In this document: one piece after another, positions 15,523 through 20,000 of the stretch
Layout: the number at the start of each line of letters is the position of its first letter
Numbering within the stretch: position 1 is the stretch's first letter
Origin: an uncultured virus (IMG/VR IMGVR_UViG_3300027751_000013)
Lineage: Duplodnaviria; Heunggongvirae; Uroviricota; Caudoviricetes
Reading direction: 5' to 3' (one strand)
IMG/VR virus record: IMGVR_UViG_3300027751_000013
DNA length: 20,000 bases
The notes under the pieces: generated by a model
Database searches by the model: none
Told to the model about the DNA's origin: nothing
The model's input: only the letters and a program-made list of their open reading frames with translations
Position numbers and translations under genes: made by a program

Positions 15523-16749
15523 ATGACATTAGAAGATTTTAAAATAAACACACCAGAACCAGGACAGATACTAATCCTGAGAGATGATTTGTACCAAGTT
15601 AAGGGTATAACTATCCACCGTACCGATTGTTCTCTTAGTTCATATGATTCTAGTTTAAATCAACTTACTGGTCTAACTATTCAAATAGGACCTGGCTTTG
15701 TAGTGGAGATTAATAGTGTTACTAAATACGGTTCGTACTACTATTTGGACGTAGTGCCATTTGAATTTCTAGAAGAACCAAATGAAGAAGTTTGTGAAAC
15801 TATACTTTTGGAACCTTTTAATGAAAATGTTTCTTTAGACTTCAGAAACTCAGTATTTTACCCGCTATATAATAATGTACCAGAAACTCTAACTCAAGCA
15901 GCTATAGACACTATCTATAAGGGTAAAATTGAAATAAGAAGAGGTAAAAATATATATGATGTAGATAGAAAGAACGATGCAATAGTACCTACTAATATTA
16001 CTAATATATTAGAAGATACTGCAAACCTAGCTGAGTTCCCTGAATCAAATTATTCTTCACTTTCCAACATAACAGGTAGGTACCTAGGGAGCAAGACATC
16101 AATATCAGATTACGGAACAAATCCATCACTAGGTTTAATACAGGTTGATGCAAGTATATTTAATACATCTATTACTAACAGTACTATATGTTCACAGTCC
16201 CTTAGCGATCTAGTGATAACTGAGGCAAGTTTTGATTCAACATACAATACAAAACCAAGTTCAAATTTAATCCCTACTGCTTCTAGAGGAGGTTTAGATG
16301 GATTTATAAACGGAACTACCTCATCTTTTGCTTCTATAACTAATACACAAACAGAAATGGAATTTACAATTCCAAATGAAAATGTGTATAAGTTGAAACC
16401 TGGAGCAATAGTATACTTAACCAACAACACACAAGTAGATTATGTAGAGGTAACAAAAGTATCCGTAGTTGGACCACAGACTGGGTGGAATAGAACTATA
16501 TTTAACGTTACCGTAACAAGAGGTATAGATGGAACATCTACAGCAATGGATGGAGTTTTTAACGCTCCTGGAAGCGGACAGTATGAAATAATAAGCATCC
16601 GGTTTATAGATAGTGACACCCTATATACATACGAAGGAAGTAAACCGATTACAATATCAAATAAAAAGGTATATTTTCCTGCATCCGGTGAAATTTATAA
16701 AGTAGGCCCTAAAGGAAGAATACTTTATGGAGTAGGAACCTGTAATTAA
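15523..16749 (+). CDS. Hypothetical virion structural protein
   Basis: 408 aa, beta-rich and S/T/N-rich; YVEVTKV...VTVTRGIDGT motif common in phage tail/baseplate proteins. Confidence 0.65.
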   Translation: MTLEDFKINTPEPGQILILRDDLYQVKGITIHRTDCSLSSYDSSLNQLTGLTIQIGPGFVVEINSVTKYGSYYYLDVVPFEFLEEPNEEVCETILLEPFNENVSLDFRNSVFYPLYNNVPETLTQAAIDTIYKGKIEIRRGKNIYDVDRKNDAIVPTNITNILEDTANLAEFPESNYSSLSNITGRYLGSKTSISDYGTNPSLGLIQVDASIFNTSITNSTICSQSLSDLVITEASFDSTYNTKPSSNLIPTASRGGLDGFINGTTSSFASITNTQTEMEFTIPNENVYKLKPGAIVYLTNNTQVDYVEVTKVSVVGPQTGWNRTIFNVTVTRGIDGTSTAMDGVFNAPGSGQYEIISIRFIDSDTLYTYEGSKPITISNKKVYFPASGEIYKVGPKGRILYGVGTCN

Positions 16750-16763
16750 AAATAAAAATCATA

Positions 16764-16771
16764 TATTTATA
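16764..16771 (+). promoter_or_regulatory. Putative late promoter TATTTATA
   Basis: In the gap before ATG 16788, 16 nt upstream, similar to the 15 nt at 5969. Confidence 0.6.
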
Positions 16772-16787
16772 TTAAACAACATTTAAA

Positions 16788-17447
16788 ATGGGATATTTAA
16801 ATAACGCAGTCGTAACAGTCGATGCAATTTTAACTAAAAAAGGTAGAGAGCTACTCGCTAGAGGTGATGGTTCTTTTAAGATTACACAATTTGCCTTATC
16901 CGATGATGAAATCGATTACACTTTGTATAATCCTTCTCACCCATCTGGATCGGCATTTTACGGAGAGGCTATAGAAAATATGCCATTACTAGAAGCATTC
17001 CCTGATGAGAATCAGATTATGAAATACAAGCTTGCTACCCTACCAAGAGGTACTTCTAAATTACCAATCTTACAAGCTGGGTACTCTGCAATAGTTTTAA
17101 AACAAGGAGCTTCTCTAGCGATTACTCCACAAACATTAAACTACTTAGGAGCTACTTCTACTTTCGAAACAGGAGGGTATACAGCACAGATTGCTGATAC
17201 AAGAGTACTTTCTAACTTTACCGGTGTTGGTATTAATACTGAGGAAGCTGAGAGACTAAACAGTACTACTACAGTAGGGACAAACGTTTCTAAGACAGTA
17301 ATAGGGACTTCTATTAACCTAACTGGTACAACAGTAAATACTTTATTCGGTACAAGAACACAACTACAGACTACTATTACACTTATTGGTAGAGATTCTG
17401 GAGCTAGAATAACTATCCCGGTAACTATTCAAAAAGTAAATAACTAA
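16788..17447 (+). CDS. Baseplate/tail-fibre attachment (collar-like) protein, putative
   Basis: ILTKKGRELLA...FKITQFALSD resembles the N-terminal half of tail-collar fibre (DUF3751/P2 gpH N-terminal) domains. Confidence 0.55.
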   Translation: MGYLNNAVVTVDAILTKKGRELLARGDGSFKITQFALSDDEIDYTLYNPSHPSGSAFYGEAIENMPLLEAFPDENQIMKYKLATLPRGTSKLPILQAGYSAIVLKQGASLAITPQTLNYLGATSTFETGGYTAQIADTRVLSNFTGVGINTEEAERLNSTTTVGTNVSKTVIGTSINLTGTTVNTLFGTRTQLQTTITLIGRDSGARITIPVTIQKVNN

Positions 17448-17452
17448 GAGAT

Positions 17453-18445
17453 ATGGCATTCAAAAGATTCGATACAGAAGATATAGTAGTAAGCTCAGAT
17501 TCAATTTCTTCACCAGCGTGGAGTAATAATCAAGTAACACTAACTACATTCGCTTACAACCCAGACCAAATCGGTACAGGTTCAGCAGGTGGACAGTATT
17601 ATTGGAATGTTTACCAAACAGGCTCTACAGACCAAGCAGCAGCAATTCAGTTTTCCATTGCATATGGTAACAGATTCGGTTCAGGGTCAATACCATATAA
17701 TGCAGCAGTTCCGGGAAAATCACCTTCGGCTACAATTTACGGTCAATATAGAACCCTTATTAATGGAGATGAGAACACAGACTTTCAGTTTGGAACTTCA
17801 ACACCAAATAGTGTATTCTTCATTTCAGTAGAAAGAGCGAGATTTAAAGAAAAAATTCTCCCAGGTTCTTTAACCTTGGTACTAGAAAATAGCAGCAGTA
17901 TTTCCCTTACAGACAATAGTGTGACTGCTTCTGTAGATACATATAAAGATAGCGGTAGAGAATACTTAATTTATTCTGGGGCAGCAGGACAGATATACAG
18001 TGATGCTAAAGTATACGGTAAATTATACCCAGATGTTGGAATAGTAGTACTCAATGGAGATTTATTAGAAAGTGACGGTGCTTTACCGACTATTGATTTA
18101 ACTAACGATCTAACAGGTTCAGCTTTTCAAGGTAATAAATCTGTACTTTTTAATTCAATTGAAGCAGGACAGAGCTTTACGTTAAGAGCAGAGGAGACAC
18201 TATCTTCTAATTACGTATTTGTTAGAGCACGTAACAGTGAGTTCAATTACTCAACTAACCCTTCTAACATTTCAGGTTCGGGAGAATTACAACACAGTAG
18301 TATGATTGATACTCCACAAGCTTATATCACAGCAGTTGGATTGTACAACGATAATAATGAACTATTAGCAGTAAGTAAACTATCAACACCGTTACTAAAA
18401 GATTTTACAAAAGAAGCACTTATTAGAATCAAACTAGACTACTAG
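17453..18445 (+). CDS. Baseplate/tail-fibre attachment protein, putative
   Basis: C-terminal YITAVGLYNDNNELLAVSKLSTPLLK resembles the 'I.E.GL....G.L.AV' half of collar domains; ILPGSLTL and YGKLYPDVG strands. Confidence 0.55.
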   Translation: MAFKRFDTEDIVVSSDSISSPAWSNNQVTLTTFAYNPDQIGTGSAGGQYYWNVYQTGSTDQAAAIQFSIAYGNRFGSGSIPYNAAVPGKSPSATIYGQYRTLINGDENTDFQFGTSTPNSVFFISVERARFKEKILPGSLTLVLENSSSISLTDNSVTASVDTYKDSGREYLIYSGAAGQIYSDAKVYGKLYPDVGIVVLNGDLLESDGALPTIDLTNDLTGSAFQGNKSVLFNSIEAGQSFTLRAEETLSSNYVFVRARNSEFNYSTNPSNISGSGELQHSSMIDTPQAYITAVGLYNDNNELLAVSKLSTPLLKDFTKEALIRIKLDY

Positions 18446-18447
18446 AA

Positions 18448-18729
18448 ATGAGTGTTTGGAAAAAGTTAAATAAGCAGGATGCATTTGTTACAACATATGT
18501 AGCAAAAAAAAGATGGACGTTATCCGGAGATGATCTAGAATCAGCTGGAGTAAAACTATTACCTGCTTATGCTAGCTTTAGTACAAATATAGAAAGTTTT
18601 GTAGAAGCACCACAATACTTATTTCAGGTGCAGGGAGTATCGTTAGGTGATACATGCTTAGTAGCAGTTGAAGGCGTTTCCTTAGATATATGCGAAATAA
18701 TACTTTCAGGTTCGGTAGTAACAACATAA
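18448..18729 (+). CDS. Small hypothetical structural-operon protein
   Basis: 93 aa, 2 nt after the upstream stop; N-terminus MSVWKKLNKQD resembles MAFKRFDTED of the upstream gene. Confidence 0.65.
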   Translation: MSVWKKLNKQDAFVTTYVAKKRWTLSGDDLESAGVKLLPAYASFSTNIESFVEAPQYLFQVQGVSLGDTCLVAVEGVSLDICEIILSGSVVTT

Positions 18730-18738
18730 AGAGAAAAA

Positions 18739-19338
18739 ATGGCTCAAACAATTAAAATAAACAAAGTAGCATTCGGTACAGAGGTTATCGATACACATGT
18801 TTATAAAGTAACATATATAGACTCTCAGACAGGTGAAGTAACTATGACTCAACCTGCTTTTATATCTGCAGGACAAATCAGAACAGGAAAAGCAGTAGTA
18901 GTGGTAAGAGACCCGGATGTTAGAGAAGCACTATTAACCTGTCAAACAGGTAAATGCTTCGAAAAAACATTTCCTGTAAGTTGGCAGTCGCTCTCGTGTA
19001 ACTTTACTATATTATTAGATGAACCAACAGCCGCTCCTACACCTTTTCCAACGGCTAGTCCAACGGCAACGCCAACACCGACTGTAAGTCCTACAAGTAC
19101 ACCAACAGGAACCCCTGCATCAACACCAAACAGTACACCAGCTAGTACTCCTGCATCAACACCAAACAGTACACCAGCTAGTACTCCTGCATCAACACCA
19201 AACAGTACACCAGCTAGTACTCCTGCATCAACACCAACGGCGACATCAACGCCTACCCCTACTAGTACACCAACACCAACACCAACAGGAACTCCTCCGC
19301 CTAATTGTGACCTTACAGGAAAAATAACAGCATCTTAA
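18739..19338 (+). CDS. Pro/Thr/Ser-rich putative virion appendage protein
   Basis: About 95-aa Cys-containing beta domain followed by about 90 aa of TP/STP repeats. Confidence 0.75.
   Translation: MAQTIKINKVAFGTEVIDTHVYKVTYIDSQTGEVTMTQPAFISAGQIRTGKAVVVVRDPDVREALLTCQTGKCFEKTFPVSWQSLSCNFTILLDEPTAAPTPFPTASPTATPTPTVSPTSTPTGTPASTPNSTPASTPASTPNSTPASTPASTPNSTPASTPASTPTATSTPTPTSTPTPTPTGTPPPNCDLTGKITAS
19114..19237 (+). repeat. Perfect 36-bp coding tandem repeat, about 3.4 copies (PASTPNSTPAST)
   Basis: CCTGCATCAACACCAAACAGTACACCAGCTAGTACT at 19114, 19150, 19186; partial copy at 19222. Confidence 0.9.
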
Positions 19339-19356
19339 GATAAAATATAATAAATA

Positions 19357-20000
19357 ATGGCAACAAAGAACATAAAAATTGACTTTACAGGACTAAGTTA
19401 CGATAACACAAGCACGTTTTCGATAACCAGTAACGCAGGAGACGGACCTGTAACTGTAGGATTTAACGATCTAACCAGTACGGGATCTGGATACCCTTTT
19501 TTAATTTCAGATTCAGCAACTAGTATCACTGTTGCCAGTACAAATGGAGTTTGTATTACTACCTCTGATACTGTTACTTTTGAGGCAGCTGGAATAACCC
19601 CAACACCTACTCAAACACCAGGAGGAACTCCACCTGTAACACCAACAGGAACCCCTGCATCAACACCAAACAGTACTCCTGCATCAACACCAGGAGGAAC
19701 TCCACCTGCAACACCACCTAGCACACCAGCATCAACACCACCTAGCACACCAGGAGGAACTCCACCTGCAACACCACCTAGCACACCAGCACCTGCACCT
19801 GTTTCACCAACACCGACACAAACACTACCTCTATACTACACATTAACCAAGTGTGAAGAGAACGGTACACAATCACCAGGATTTAGATCAACTCAAAATA
19901 CATCTCAAATTAGTTTAAGTATAGGAGATAGAGTAGAAAATACTAGTCTAGGGTATACGTTTATCGTAGACGGCTTTACAACCGATACATCTACAGGAGG
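19357..20000 (+). CDS. Pro/Thr-rich putative virion appendage protein (partial, runs off the right edge)
   Basis: Not in the ORF track (no stop). ATG 19357 translates MATKNIKIDFTGLSYDN...GVCITT...TPTPTQTPGGTPP...LYYTLTKCEENG... and stays open to 20000. Confidence 0.8.
   Translation, partial: MATKNIKIDFTGLSYDNTSTFSITSNAGDGPVTVGFNDLTSTGSGYPFLISDSATSITVASTNGVCITTSDTVTFEAAGITPTPTQTPGGTPPVTPTGTPASTPNSTPASTPGGTPPATPPSTPASTPPSTPGGTPPATPPSTPAPAPVSPTPTQTLPLYYTLTKCEENGTQSPGFRSTQNTSQISLSIGDRVENTSLGYTFIVDGFTTDTSTG
19687..19791 (+). repeat. 45-bp direct repeat with 60-bp period in the PT linker
   Basis: 19687-19731 is identical to 19747-19791 (ACACCAGGAGGAACTCCACCTGCAACACCACCTAGCACACCAGCA). Confidence 0.85.

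Noticed and set aside
11725..16430. Minus-strand ORFs 11725-11946, 14908-15123 and 16110-16430
   Set aside because: Fully antisense to long structural genes; 14908 merely mirrors the PT repeat.
17589..17831. Alternate-frame + strand 80-aa ORF
   Set aside because: Nested in 17453-18445 with a GTG start and no leader or recognisable features.
19099..19676. DGR template/variable repeat pair
   Set aside because: Copies are identical with no adenine-specific mismatches, lie in low-complexity linkers, and no reverse transcriptase is present in the window.
1..20000. Stop-codon reassignment as seen in some large Bacteroidota phages
   Set aside because: Code 11 gives full-length, tightly packed genes; TAG ends genes at sensible boundaries (2774, 4076, 6369, 15495, 18445). 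TGA is rarely used as a stop here, so it cannot be assessed.

Overview
AT-rich fragment of a large, T4-like contractile-tailed (myovirus-type) dsDNA phage, most likely infecting Bacteroidota/Flavobacteriia. The host is inferred from TTG-N20-TANNTT promoters, a lack of Shine-Dalgarno sites and a Bacteroidota-style lipoprotein. Positions ~1-5000 are an accessory/early region: small hypothetical genes, a ribbon-helix-helix (RHH)-like protein, a 2OG-Fe(II) oxygenase, a T5orf172/GIY-YIG-like protein, a lipoprotein and an HD hydrolase. A putative gp55-like late sigma factor follows (5261-5965), then a long, tightly coupled + strand baseplate/tail operon: spike/hub, gp25-like, gp6/J-like, DNRLRE-like, a large wedge protein, collar-like proteins and Pro/Thr-rich appendage proteins, with TATTTATA putative late promoters. 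The most unusual signal is three clusters of CTA(A/T)AGA repeats at 10-11 bp spacing, found upstream of, on the start codon of and inside the RHH gene. This resembles a centromere/iteron plus adaptor module. All product calls come from motif recognition by eye; no database search was run.
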